From positions 1,116,001-1,180,000 of the forward strand of contig NW_026782064.1 in NCBI RefSeq assembly GCF_031769215.1: DNA of 64,000 nucleotides, written 5' to 3'. Each line of letters starts with the position of its first letter. Position 1 is the first letter of the stretch. Origin of the DNA: Ylistrum balloti (Eukaryota). Position numbers and translations under genes: made by a program. Shown one piece after another: positions 25,065-39,084 of the stretch. The notes under the pieces were generated by a model. The model saw only the letters and a list, made by a program, of their open reading frames with translations. It was not told the DNA's origin and made no database searches.

Positions 25065-26462
25065 CTACGTAGTAATCTTATTAATAATTCCCACTTCATT
25101 GATATCGTTACCAGCCCAATGTGACTCCTCTTCCAGCTCTTCTAAATATCTTTTGCCACTCTTCCCCCGATGTGACTTCACGGGTGAGTCTCTGGTGGAA
25201 GAAGGTGGCGTACGCACAACCATGTATTCGTCTAAATCTCTGTGAAGAGCGATGTCCGAGTATTTTCCACTGACATGTGACCTACGGGTCTTTTGCCCGT
25301 TAGATTCAAACATCATTTCTAAAAGGAGTTGCTCCGATGATGCACCTCGCGGCAAATTTTCAAGGACTTTCTCTGAATCAGACATGGTCTCATTTGACAT
25401 ATTTGCTATTTTCTGAACTGATTTCATATCTAAATTTTGTGTTCTGACAGCGACCTGTCTTTCCCTGTGTTTCAGGAGTCTATAGGGGTTATTGAAGTAA
25501 CGTATTCCTTTCTTAGCAAACGATTTATTGTTTTTAGGGAAGTCACTACCGTTATCTGCAGCAATTGTTACCTCCTGGGGGTCATTATTGATATGTAAGA
25601 AAGCTGACCCGCTTTGATTAGGTTGGCTTGTTTGATTAGGAGTGGAAGACGTTCCATCAGTTTCCCTCTTGTCTTCTTTCGACATTCTTGAATTATTCTT
25701 CGAAATTACGAAATCTCCACTGACGGTGGAAGAAAGGCCAAGACTTAGGCCGTTGACAGGTTTGAAACTTCTTCCTTTTAATTCAAAAGAAGATTTCGAT
25801 TTATCCACTGTGGACGGTCTCATGGCCGGAAGTGTTACGCTCTCACTAGCAGAGGAGGGAACGGAAATGAAAGATGATGAATGTATACTTCTGGTGTCTT
25901 TGAAATCAGTTTTTGCAGACGAATTGTCACCATTTTGTTTTTCTGTTGTTTTCCATGTAGGTTCACTACGAGCTCTGGTTCTAATATTATGGCGCGCCCG
26001 ATATATCTCATGCGCCGATGTTTTAAAGCTCCCCACTCGTTGGTCACTAAAGTACTTAACGAATGACTTTGGGGAATAACCATTTAGCGGCTGTCCACAA
26101 AGAACAAATTTAGGTCGGTCGTCAACAACGGTCCCTTCACTAGTTATATATGGAGAATCCATTGTTGATATTCCAAAATTGGCGTGCTGAATTCTGTTTA
26201 GGAAGTCCATACGTCTGGTGATATGACTAGGTCCGGCTGGCATCTGCTCCAACGCTTTCCTGTTCGCCTTGCGCAAGATAAACTCATACGACCTGTCAAC
26301 AGCTGCCACAGTTGGATTTGTCGCTCTGTTTGCTTTTGACATTGACAACAACGGTGACGTCGGTGTGTTCCGGGGAGCTGGAGTCCCCTTCACTTTCAAT
26401 CTATCAACCGTGCCTTGTTTCTTCATCTTTCTGTCTGGTTGCATGCCTAAGTAAATTGTCAT
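25065..26462 (-). CDS. Uncharacterised 465-aa Ser/Lys/Arg-rich protein, single coding exon
   Basis: 1.4-kb open frame in AT-rich DNA. An in-frame TAG lies immediately before the ATG, a splice acceptor (tacattacag) lies about 20 nt upstream, and AATAAA on the - strand is at 24985-24990. No recognisable domain. Confidence 0.8.
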   Translation of the reverse strand: MTIYLGMQPDRKMKKQGTVDRLKVKGTPAPRNTPTSPLLSMSKANRATNPTVAAVDRSYEFILRKANRKALEQMPAGPSHITRRMDFLNRIQHANFGISTMDSPYITSEGTVVDDRPKFVLCGQPLNGYSPKSFVKYFSDQRVGSFKTSAHEIYRARHNIRTRARSEPTWKTTEKQNGDNSSAKTDFKDTRSIHSSSFISVPSSASESVTLPAMRPSTVDKSKSSFELKGRSFKPVNGLSLGLSSTVSGDFVISKNNSRMSKEDKRETDGTSSTPNQTSQPNQSGSAFLHINNDPQEVTIAADNGSDFPKNNKSFAKKGIRYFNNPYRLLKHRERQVAVRTQNLDMKSVQKIANMSNETMSDSEKVLENLPRGASSEQLLLEMMFESNGQKTRRSHVSGKYSDIALHRDLDEYMVVRTPPSSTRDSPVKSHRGKSGKRYLEELEEESHWAGNDINEVGIINKITT

Positions 26463-29400
26463 CTACCGTAACTCTGCCTGTAATGTACAATTACACAATA
26501 ACTTCAAAAGAAGAAACTATTCCAAATAATATCGCGAAAAGATCTATTAATTACTTTTGAATAGTCTTTATAGTTTACCGAATATCAAAATTTATAATCA
26601 TAATCCGATGATACAAAATTTTATGAATGATAAAAATACATTTGGTTGATCATAAGTATACCGATAGGCGTGGTTGAAAGTATCGTTTTGCCTGTAATCA
26701 GTTTCTTTCGAATAAAACATCACACAATTGAAAAACACCCTTAGTCAACACATATAGCATGTGAAAATATCAAAAGATGACTTCACTCGAAGAAATGATG
26801 CTTTGTCAACATTTTTTTTATGACAGACAATGCGAAGTTAAATCACCAGGCAGACTGTTGGATTTCCTTCCAGAACTTGAGAGAATGTTGTATTTCTGCA
26901 TGTGTCTTCCCGTTAACTTCTATGAAGCTAATTTAGAATTTACATAAAAGAAGCACTGAATATTCTATTTGTAATAGTGAGGAAACTCACTCTTACGTCA
27001 GCCCACAGATCTTGTACATTGAGGCGTTCCCATACAGCACAACAGTCATTTACATATTAAATCTGGTGCAGCGAGATCCATTAAAATCAGATGGGGTCAA
27101 CGGAGGTGCAGGTGTATGAATTATACTGGTTAAATAAGAGAGTAGAATGAACAGGTATTAAAGTGAAATTAAAACCTGTATATTAATCCAATAAATGTAA
27201 TAAAACTGTATCGATTTCCTTTGTAGATATCAATCTTTGATAGCTAGAAGCCCCGTATATTGTATATACAATTCTTAATCCAGTAAATCTCTCGTTCGGC
27301 TTCCCAAACTGATGATCTGCAAGTGTTAACTTGGCGAGTAACGAAACCATTCTTTTAACACTAAAATATTCTTTGGACTTGATTTCCTCATAAATGTAAA
27401 TAAATTGAAGGGATTTCTGTAAACAGGTTTCTACTATTATACGATATGTCAACAAATCGTAAGATATATGATCTGTTTTAGAGAAGATTAAGTTGACGGC
27501 AGTGTTTGATCCACGGTAGGTACTACACCCAGTACAAGCCTATACGTTTGTTATTGCCGCCCATAACGACCGACATTATAATCAGGTTGCTTTAATTCAA
27601 TTTCTAAACGGTAAGTACTCTCCGACACAATGCCAATGTTTATTGTGCATAACAGCTAACGTATATGTGTAGCATGACACTCTGTTAAACAGTATAAAAC
27701 TCTTGTAATGATATCAATACCATTACTGGAAACCATAGCATCTATCTCATCATCTCATAGTGGGATATTTATGTTCAATATTTGCAAGTGGCGTTTGAAC
27801 CCGAACGAGCTTAGACGACAATAGTTTCAATTTGTCTAACTATAGCATATTGACATGTACAAGGAATATCTATCCAAGGATTTACGAGGAAAGTTTATTT
27901 TCAACAGTGAAATGTCAGAAATTTTCAATTTACAACAGAAAAAGGTACCATATTGCCTGAAACATTTATTTTATAAACCATACTAGGTTGTCAAGTTATA
28001 GAAGGATCCAGTTGTTTACCATTAAAGATCCTCGCAACATGTTTTTTTACAATTTAAAGTTGAGTAGGCTCAATAAGATTTCAATGAAAATATCTTTAAA
28101 ATCTTTAACTCGTATAGCAATGATCATAATCAAAATAGTTTTCACATGTTTCAAACTTAAAACTAGTTTACAGTTTCGAAAGGTAATTGTTGACGGACCA
28201 TTTAAAACGTCTGAAAGATCTCGCTGTTGATATGAACAGAATTGCTGACAGAAACAGTCAAAGTTTCTGTTTTATATAAACGTGTGCAATGTCTCTCTTC
28301 TGTTTTCATCAACAACTGACCAATTTGATTTGAAAATGAACTATTTCTTTTATCAACGCATCAGGTTTTGTAAACAAATGAAGTTTAATTAGGTACAATG
28401 TGCATTTGTAAATGAAACATCAACATTCGCTTAAAGGAAATAAATATGGGGCCTTACTAAGAGTTTGCACAGTTAACGGAGTAACCAGACGTGTGTATGT
28501 TATGTTTCAGTCTCAGAAGACTTAAACTCGAAAGAATGAAAATGGTCCTGAAATGCTAGTCGCTGCTTTCGAAGGTTGCATATGTTTATCTATTAGTATG
28601 ATGTAAATAAAAGCAATCAATCAATTACGCTAGTCTTATAACTATATTGAAATATATCATAATTGTTAAAGCCTGCAGACCGCCCCTACCCTTCCCAAAG
28701 CTCTCTCCACCAACCCGTCCTTCGTCACCATCACTTGCAGGAAGATGCTCAGTTAGTTGGTTATACATTTAAAGGGTGTTATGATCTGTACACAAAGAGT
28801 ACACATGTAGACGTATCATACCATTTTAAACATACCAAAAACAAAACATTTGCGTCAGTTGTAATATGATAGTGCTGTCATACATACGTTTATCGACATA
28901 GGCGTTGAATTACAAACAAAACTTATTTTGTTTATCCTCTACTGTGTTGTTCCATATTATATCTTTTCTTCAGCATGCTCTTCTCCGCTCGTTCGTAACA
29001 ATAGTGCTATCATGTGTGTTTGGATACAGTTTTATACCTATTTGTTTATTATTTGTAATATCCCTATCCCTGTAATGGTCTGCAAGTCAAAGGATTGCAG
29101 TCAAAGACACAGGCGTCAAGTCTGTAATAAAAGTAAGTCCGTACACCGATATAAAGTTAATGGATAGTTTAAATGGTAACTTAACTGCATATAAGTACCA
29201 ACTCAATATATAATTGAAAATGCATTCTTTCAAAATTAGCATACATATTGATATAGCGATTTATTGTGAAGTGTTTTAAAACTAGGAAGTAATGCAGATT
29301 AGCCAATGGAATACAATAGCAAAGTCATATACCTCGCCAGGCCAGAAATTTGCTGGGAACAAATGATGAGTGTGAAACAAACGAATCGGAAAGTGACACA

Positions 29401-30744
29401 TTCCATATCAAGGTTTTTTTAGGACAAAGTAATAATGTTATCGTAAATTACAGGTCATGACCAAAGTGATGTTGCACCAATCCTTGTTGTGCTATGACCT
29501 CCTGATGTATTGTACAATGTAATATTTTTAATAACATCGACAGTTTGGGTTTCCAGCAAAACGATAGTAAACACTCTCCTTAGAGGGACTATTTGGTTAG
29601 ATATTCATGTCATAACATTTAAATATCTATTTAAAATTGTATGTTTTCTGTTAATTAAGATATTTTAAAGTTTCCACAACTATTTTATTAACAACGTCAA
29701 AAAAATTAAAATAAAATAGGAGCGACCCAACACTAATTCATATCATTATCGTTCGGAGAATGTAAACAATGTCTTTGCGCATGCAAATTTAGATTCAGAT
29801 TAATTCAGATACATTCATTTCGCTCTGCCAAGCGTAAAGCATGAAACAAGTAAGAATCGAAATATGGCTGGCAAATTATGTTTTGACTAATTACATAATT
29901 ATACATAGTAAGAATTAATATTAAAACGGGGAGTTAAAACGAGGCTCCTAAAGGTCATATAAATGAACTCTCGATCAAATCAGCAATGGATGGCAGACAC
30001 AACAGCGAGTGTCGACTAGCGTTAGTTTGAAGCTGATAATCGTTATCAATTTTTCTCAGAGTGTGTTATAATTTTGTTAAGAGACTAATTTTAAGTATTA
30101 CAATGCTTGCCCAAAATTCAAACGCATAGGGAAAAATAAAAAATCTAACCTTTTAGTCCCTTTAACACTGTTACAGATATACAAAAAACTAAGCTGGAAA
30201 CCCGAATTTATGGCGACAAAACAACACAATCTCGGCTTTATAGAATAGCCGTCCTGCATTTTTAAAGCCCCAAGAACGCTCCAAGGGAGAGGCTTAGTAT
30301 AGACAGAGCCTGTTGCCTAATTTCCGTTTAATCGTATGATTAAATGTAAGATTTTGAATTAAGACGAAATGCACGATTCTACTTTACATTTTTTGTTTCA
30401 TCTGACTATGAATGACCCCGAGTTGGCGTGTCATATCTTTATGTTCCAATTGATTAAGCAGAACGATGAACCAAAAGTCTATATAAAAGGGTCAAATGCC
30501 GATAAGAAACAGCAGAACACATACACGAAACAAGCGGAAACAAACAGGGTGAAGGTCATACACGATTATAATGGAGAAGCGTGAAGCTTGTATAAACCAT
30601 CTAGGTAACGCCTTATATGGTATAGCACGAAGCTGAACTCATCGAAGAACTTGTCAAAACAGGTCATAAAGACAAGAGAACCAACCTTCCATAAACCAGT
30701 AAATAAAGGTTCAAAACTGATTTCTATTTTCCGATTGTGATCAT

Positions 30745-31040
30745 AATCATAATCCAAACTCAAATTCAATCAAACTGGGGAAAGTATGAACAGAAAAAAC
30801 GACAGGCTCCTGAAAATGTACAAGGAAAAAGAGATCATGTGCTCCGGAAGAGTAAGCGTCTTCTGCTTAATCGATGAACCCAGCCATGTAAACTTTGGCC
30901 AATCGAAGTAAGTAGCGTCATGTTATTAAATGAGAACAAGGTGTACAACAACGGAACCAGCAGGCAAACTAACGAACATCTCACAGGTTGAGATTCATAC
31001 CGAACAACGAAATAAAAACAAAATCGAAATGAGAAACGTC
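30745..31040 (-). mobile_element. Dispersed repeat, probable Penelope-like element terminal region (copy 1)
   Basis: ctcaaattcaat...gatcatgtgctccggaagagtaagcgtcttctgc is shared with copies at about 36025, 36860, 38980 and 39085. The - strand reads acgcttactcttccggagcac, a recalled terminal motif of mollusc Penelope-like repeats. Confidence 0.5.
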
Positions 31041-32292
31041 CCAATAAATTTGCCCCTTTAAAACCCTATGATACGATTTTGTCCTTCAGTTAACGATATC
31101 TTGCATGAAAATTGTGATAATGGGAACATTCTCTTAAACATCGAATCAGTTGCGAAATCATAACGTTTAGCATACAGCTTGGTGGAAAATTATCTTTGCT
31201 GGTTTCGTTGTAGGAAAAGTTAGTAGCTGATATCCTTCGAAAGATGTCGGCAGTTGACTGATTTATAATACCCTCATGTTACGTCATCTAATTACATGTG
31301 TACCATTCATCCATGCTATGTGTCATTGTGTCAAAATAGTTAGTTGGAAACAATTTGTTACCCTGTTATAATAGCATATTTTCTACCCTCCTGATAGTGT
31401 AATCTGCGTATCAGTTAAAACGATTGAGAAACTGAGTATATAAGTGAGTTTTAAAAAACGGAAAAGGTTTTGAATTTCGATCTGATTTAATATCAAGAAT
31501 AAAGAAAGGCATTTAAGTAATTAATGTGAGCCTATCTTCTTGTCATGTATTATGTAACAATATAGATATCTTTTAAATTGAATGATAGCGATCTTACGTA
31601 ATACCGGGTAACTTCTTGTCAAACAGTGTCGTGACGAATAGAATCAAATAAATCTTATCATTTACCTTTACGTTAGAATCAGAATCAATCAATTCCTATA
31701 TATGAAGTTAAAAATCACTATCAGAACACACTTTGTTTGATATTTATAAATATAGATGAAATTGTGTGCTCCTACAAACATTTCACGTGACGACTGACTA
31801 GAGCAAGAGGTATGTTGTTATATATGTTACGTTGTACTTTATGGTGACCGTCACCGTGTTTATTGATCGATAATTGATCGACCCCATTGTGTCAGGGTGG
31901 TGATGAGCGCACGCCACCCCGATAACATAAAGCCTGTATCTGTGGTATCTGAGCCGTGAGGGCGTGTGGCTACATTAGCGACCACAGTGTAGAGGTCCAA
32001 CACACCGTTTACCTTAGGTCATGGTCACTTACAGACGCTAACTACATACACTAAATGTCTTACCAACCTATTAGAATAAGTGCGAGCAATTTCTGGATCA
32101 AAGCTTAGCATTAGTTAACATGCCGGTAAATTTTCAAAGGCAATCTAGGTCTGATTCCGAAAAATTGTCAAAAGATATACGCACTGATGTGTTTCTACAA
32201 ATGTAGCTAAATATACATTAGCTTTAAGTAGATACTGCGGAACTGCTACCAAATTCTAGTTCTAGTGACACGGTCCTATAAAAACTAAAATA

Positions 32293-33712
32293 AGTATGTT
32301 CCAGTACCTAGATGACACAATCTTGTGGTTACTATCAGGAACTACTGGTATGTTCCAGTACCTAGATGACACAATCTTGTGGTTACTATGAGGAACCTAC
32401 TAGTATGTTCCAGTACCTAGATGACACAATCTTGTGGAAACAATCAGGAACTACTAGTATGTTCCAGTCCCTAGATGACACAATCTTGATCTGAGGTTAC
32501 TATCAGGAACTACTAGTATGTTCCAGTACCTAGATGACACAATCTTGTGGTTACTATAAGGAACTACTAGTATGCTCCAGTACCTAGATAACACAATCTT
32601 GTGGTTACTATAAGGAACTACTAGTATGTTCCAGTACTTAGATGACACAATCTTGTGGTTACTATGAGGAACTACTAGTATGTTCCAGTACCTAGATGAC
32701 ACAATATTGTGGTTACTATCAGGAACTACTAGTATGTTCCAGTACCTAGATGACACAATCTTGTGGAAACAATCACGGACTACTAGTATGTTCCAGTACC
32801 TAGATGACACAATATTGTGGTTACTATGAGGAACTACTAGTATGTTCCAGTACCTAGATGACACAATCTTGTGGTTACTATCAGGAACTACTAGTATGTT
32901 CCAGTACCTAGATGCAACAATCTTGTGGTTACTATGAGGAACTACTAGTATGTTCCAGTGCCTAGATGACACAATCTTGTGGTTACTATCAGGAACTACT
33001 GGTATGTTCCAGTACCTAGATGACACAATCTTGATCTGAGGTTACTATCAGGAACTATTAGTATGTTCCAGTACCTAGATGCAACAATCTTGTGGTTACT
33101 ATGAGGAACTACTAGTATGTTCCAGTGCCTAGATGACACAATCTTGTGGTTACTATGAGTAACCTACTAGTATGTTCCAGTACCTAGATGACACAATCTT
33201 GATCTGAGGTTACTATCAGGAACTACTAGTATGTTCCAGTTCCTAGATCACACAATCCTGTGGTTACTATGAGGAACTACTAGTATGTTCCAGTCCCTAG
33301 ATGACACAATCTTGTGGTTACTATAAGGAACTACTAGTATGTTCCAGTTCCTAGATCACACAATCTTGTGGTTACTATAAGGAACCTACTAGTATGTTCC
33401 AGTCCCTAGATGACACAATCTTGTGGTTACTATAAGGAACTACTAGTATGCTCCAGTACCTAGATGACAATCTTGTGGTTACTATAAGGAACTACTAGTA
33501 TGCTCCAGTACCTAGATGACACAGTACTGTGGTAACTTTCAGGAACTACTAGTATGCTCCAGTACCTAGATGACACAATCTTGTGGTTGCTATCAGGAAC
33601 TACTAGTATGCTCCAGTACCTAGATCACACAGACTTGTGGTTACTATAAGGAACTACTAGTATGCTCCAGTACCTAGATAACACAGTACTGTGGTAACTT
33701 TCAGGAACTACT
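32293..33712. repeat. 54-bp minisatellite, about 26 copies, with decayed flanking units extending to about 34140
   Basis: Unit gaactactagtatgttccagtacctagatgacacaatcttgtggttactatcag; it generates the 18-aa-periodic ORF at 32454-33026. Confidence 0.96.
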
Positions 33713-36024
33713 ATCAATTTATAGTGTTTATATCACACGGCCCTAACTTAAATGTTAGAGTCCGCTATCAATTTCTAGTTTATTGATGACACTATGCGGT
33801 GGTAAGTTTTAGAAGCTGCTAGCATGTTCCTCCACTTAGATTTCTAGCATACAGATGACAGTTTTGTGGTAGCTATCAGAAACTACCAATACTTAGATGA
33901 CAGGGTCCTGTATTAAGTATCAAGAACTACTGACATTATAATTTTTAATATTACTATTACTCGGTCTGGTGGTTACTATCAGAAACTGCCATCAAGACCT
34001 AGTGTACTGCTACCAACTTCAAGCAGATAGATAGCACGGTTCTGTGGTAACTTTCTGAAAATTCTGTTCTATCAAGATCTTTTATCTAATTGACAGGGTT
34101 ATGTGAAAACTATCAGGCAGTACTATGAAACTTTGGTATTTAGATGGAACCGGCCTGTGCTACTTACCTTCATTAGCATAAGATACCCCATATCAGCAGC
34201 AGTGAAGTAGCACACTCCAGATGGGTATAGTAGAACTTGATATCAGTGTGGGAAGGTTGCTGAAACGGGTCTGAGTCCCGAGACTGTTTCTTTGGCTACT
34301 TTGAATGCTTAGCTATCCTGTGGTAAATAGTTAGTTGAGTGAACTCCATTCATAAAATCCCATTCCAAATTCGATCTACCGATCATGGCCGTATTAATAA
34401 GCCGTTTACGGTCTGTATTCCTCTCGTCTAAACATGGGTGTTTTTAGTCAGCGCTCTTTGCAACAAAATGTGTTACATGTTGATAACCAAGTATTTGCCT
34501 AGTCGTAAGAACCATTGCTTAACTACTCCATGACAAAATACTGTCGATTTAAAGCCTGTTACCATCGGACTTGTAGGGTATAGCAATACCTGCTTCTAAT
34601 ACACAGGACCTGTTAAGTCAAGTCACTCATGTGTGGCCGGATTATGGTGGAACGACTAATTCGTTATTAAAGCAGATAGCTTTACCAGTATAGTTAAATC
34701 AGATTTAATGAATCACACCGAACAATGACCAATACACATGCATATGTATATAAAATATTAAAGGATCATATGTTCTTATGAATTTCCTTACACTATAAGC
34801 CATCTACAAGATAGGGAAATATAAAATCCGAACTTAAAACTTCAAAATTATTATAAATGCTTACTTTATCAATTAGATTATATTCTATTGTAGACAACTA
34901 CACGTCAATCATGTTACTTTTAGAAACAATGTACACTTTGTACTGAATTAAATGTTCATTTGTTACTTTGTTTATTGTCCTTAACACTTTAAATACAAGC
35001 GTTTGTTCCATCCGATTACCCACAATGCTCTTTATAACATACCCACTGGAGTGCTGTATATTTCTAAATATGGTTTGTTTTTCTTGAATATACTGATAAA
35101 CATCTGCCATTTTATAAATGGTATATGCCCTTGTTTGAAGTAAACACATTTGGTCCTTTCGAATTAAGGTTTATATCAAATTTACGTACATAATTCATGC
35201 TTTAGTTTTGTTGTAACGATCGAAAAGTAATATTTACATAAGTTAGAATTCAGTTAATAAATGGCATAACGTTCACGAATTTTATCACAAATCAAAGTCA
35301 AATTCTATTATACAACGTTATGTACAGAAGGATATATATTAGTACACAAACTAGTGTGCATGTATAATCTTCATTCGTCTGGGTGTATTGAATTACATTT
35401 TATATATGTACCACATACAAAGTGTTCAATATAATTATAAGGTGTTGTCAGGTAAGGCATTAAGCCTGTTGTGATTTATAGGATACCTTAGTCGTCAGCA
35501 CTAAGGCAGATCTAGCTGTATATAATGGAGTTCGTCATACATTACAATGCAGGATTTATCTTTAAGCTTGATAGATCAGCTGCTTCTCGATTTTACTGAC
35601 TGTAAACCCGAATCGACTGCAGTATATTGTTACAATTTTGTGTATTGTTTTCTACCTTTTTTCTGTTTACCATCTTGTCACACTATTTTCGACCTTATTG
35701 TACACAGAATTATAGCACAGCCGGAAAAGTTGGACAATTTATTACCATCTCGCGCACTACGTACGTATGTCATCGAAACATTATATTTTATTGTAAAATT
35801 ACCAACCTGACAGAAATATTTCAAACCAAAAGAAAATAGCCTCTTCCGACGTCAATTTCATGTGACATTTGTCTCATTAAACAATTACTACATCATCAGT
35901 AGTATAGACATTCATCCTCTGGTTGTCCTTAACCTGATTACCATAAAAGGATTGGAAAGCCTGCTGCAGCAATGACTGTTGTATTTATCGTTACCAATGA
36001 AACACAAGAAAGTAACCGCATTTC

Positions 36025-37060
36025 ACCATAATCATAACTCAAATTCAATAAGACTGTGGCGACATATGAACGAAAGAAAGATTTACACGGAGACTCCAAG
36101 AAAACTACAAGAAGAATAAAATAAGGTGTTCTGGAAGAGTATGCGCCATCTGCGTCATGGACGAAACCCGCCATGTAATCCATTGCCAACAATTAGTAAA
36201 ACAATTATCCAATTACTCACAATTGATATACAATTGCTTAGGATTTAATATTCGATCATTGAAAATATCACCTTATATTTGAGATGTCCTTAATCGTTTA
36301 CAACATATTATCAAGCACTCACAATATGGCTATATGTTAATCACTAAACGTATGTTTTCAATAAATCACAAGATATCTTAATTTGCTTATAATACGTTTT
36401 CTACCGCTTTTGTTGTGCCTTCAGTCATTAACGATGTGGGATCACGCCATTACAAGATCTATATTTGACATAAGAAAGACACGAGGATATTAACATGTTC
36501 AATGTAATACAAAGTAAAAATCGATATAACGAGGGAAAAATAGAAACAAAAGGAAGACTAACGCGGAGGGAGCATATTAGTAACAATAAAAACATTACCA
36601 CATGGAAAGATTTCCCAATGAAATATGTCCATAAAGCTGGAAATAACCCTGTAACATCGAATGAAGTGCGACATATTAAAGCACAAAATACTTGGGTAGT
36701 AGGGTTGTTCAAACAACACAAAGAAAACAGATGTACTATGAAATATACTTAAAGTACAGAGCATTTTGATATGGTAAACTGGTAAATGAATATATCGTAA
36801 TATGGATGAACATAGAAGAACATCTATTTCATAAAACATCAAGAAAATATCAACATGTCAACATACTCATAATTCAAATTCAATAAAACTAAGGCAAAAT
36901 ACGAAACAAAGAAAGATTTACACAGAGACTCCTAAAACAAAACAAGGAGAAAAAGACCAGGTATTCCGCAAGAGTAGGCGTCTTACATATAAAACAACGG
37001 AACCAACAGGCAAACTAACGAGCGTCAAACACGTCCAGCTTCATATCGCATAAAATAAAT
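36025..37060 (-). mobile_element. Two further degenerate copies of the Penelope-like terminal repeat (about 36025-36190 and 36860-37060)
   Basis: Shared ctcaaattcaata...gaaagatttacac.gagactcc...ggtrttcygsaagagta blocks. The second copy also shares acaacggaacca.caggcaaactaacga with copy 1. Confidence 0.5.
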
Positions 37061-37729
37061 CGAATATTTGTCAACGAGATCACAATGACGACCATTTAAT
37101 TTCCCCATTATTTTTGTCAACCTGCAATTTATTAAGCTGATATTGCGTAAATCCTATGATTGATTTTTTTTCAAGAAAAAGCATTTACTGTTTTGGTTAC
37201 AACTACGCATATTCTGATGATAGGATGTAATATTTGCTAACGATGTCTTGGGATAGCAATATTACTAAGGTATTACATTTTGGTTTGATAACAGTTATTA
37301 CGATTTTCTCTATACCGGATGTTTTCTTATCATCTCTATAAACGGATTTATTCAAGATATTTTCATACTGTTTATATCTTTACAATCAGGTACAAGGCCT
37401 ATAGTAAAACTACGAACTAACTGTAATACAGCGGAGGACAAGACGATTTCTATATCTGATTTGGTCTATAGATTGTCACATCGTGTCAGTGTTTGAGTCT
37501 TGACATCTGTTAATATCAACTGATTTTGAATCTGCCAGTACCTCCCTTTTCCTTGCCTTTCATATCAATTAATTTAATTGATAAGAGTTTTGTAAATGAC
37601 TCTTGGTATATTGTTGATCAACATATGAATTTGAGTGATCTCCCTTTACCTATCAGGAGAACACATGCAAAAAATTTCATCATCGTGATAGAAATAAACA
37701 AGGAAACACACACAAAAAAAACATGATGA

Positions 37730-38700
37730 CAATTTTATCGGAACTGGTCTACAGAGAAATTTGAAGGGTGGGTTAGAAAACCATACAGAATCGTCAACAC
37801 AAATACAGATCAGATATCAGATTCGAAAGTTTTCTTTTCTTATCCAGATGGATAAACTTGTTGATACGGTGATTAATTTGTTTTAAAGTATCATTGATTA
37901 TTGTTGGTCCGTTAGGACAGGAATGAGTAATTTTCTTCCTGATGGGAAATCTGGGTTAAGATTACCTATGATTGCTTCTGGTGATAAGGTAATATATTAG
38001 TAAGTTAAATAACATCTTTATTTGGTAGAAACTCCTATTTAGATAATTCAACGATAAACTATGACCAAAGGTTGTTTGTAAACAGAACTGAGCTAAGGTT
38101 ATCAACAGATTCAAGTCATTAAAATCACAAGAATAACGATATTTGGGGACAGGAATTTACAAATACTGTATCCTCGAGGTAGATTGATTACAAAAAGATA
38201 TCCCGGTAAGATCTTAGACAGATTTAAACTGCACTACATTGTCTTCCTATGGCTTTAACGCAGACAAATAGTGCAATATGGTGTTAAGCCCTGTAAATCT
38301 ATGATCATATATCTTCCTGGTTTATATATTGGCATTGCCGTGCAAATGTAAATAAATCAAAATTTAGTTGAGCCTTTAAACATTCCACCCATTGTTGAAT
38401 GCAATCTTCTACATCGATGAATATAACCTTTAAGAAAGTTTCATTTACACCCAGTCGTATCAATAAGATATGAATCACTGGTGAACTTATTCTTGAGCTG
38501 CTTACATGTACTTATCTAGCAATATCAACATCAATTTCACAATGAAGTTTAAAGAAAATTGAAGTGAACCACTTGATAATGTGTTGCCTGATAACAATCT
38601 GAACCTGACGTTAGAGGACTTTACATTGTTACATTTTCGTAATCACATACAGTTTCATGATATTTTGATAAATCACAGACATCAGGAAATATAACCTTAT
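37730..38700 (-). mobile_element. Highly degraded non-LTR retrotransposon reverse transcriptase relic
   Basis: Fragmentary - strand peptides occur in RT order: SPVIHI (about 38480), FNNGW, AMPIYKPGR (38313-38339, compare IPIYKPGK) and CVDDSVWFS (about 37780-37800, compare the YADD/FVDD motif). Many stops and frameshifts. Confidence 0.42.
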
Positions 38701-39084
38701 TAAACCTGTTTAGATCGAGATGATTTAACATAAGTCTGATATGGCCTACATTCAAACACAGTGTTGAAAACTAGATACATTTTCATGTGAACTTTATATA
38801 CAACTAGTATACAGAAGGAGGAAACCAAAAATAAAAATGCATTTATATATGAGGGACAAAGACTGAATTTACCATCGATATATCAAAATTAGAAAAAAAA
38901 CCCTCAAAAATGGATTGAACGAGGACAAGATATAATCAAGGACAATTAAATACATACCTAGGAAAAAGTACAAAGAAAATAAGACATGGTATTCTGGAAG
39001 GATAAGTGTCTTGTACTTCTTCACTACTGGTTATACTTAAAGGCAATCTTTAAAAACAATTTAAACACACAAACATGTCAACAT

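Noticed and set aside
25642-26560. Antisense ORFs over the 465-aa gene, and similar ones over the 458-aa gene
   Set aside because: Shadow frames of real coding sequence.
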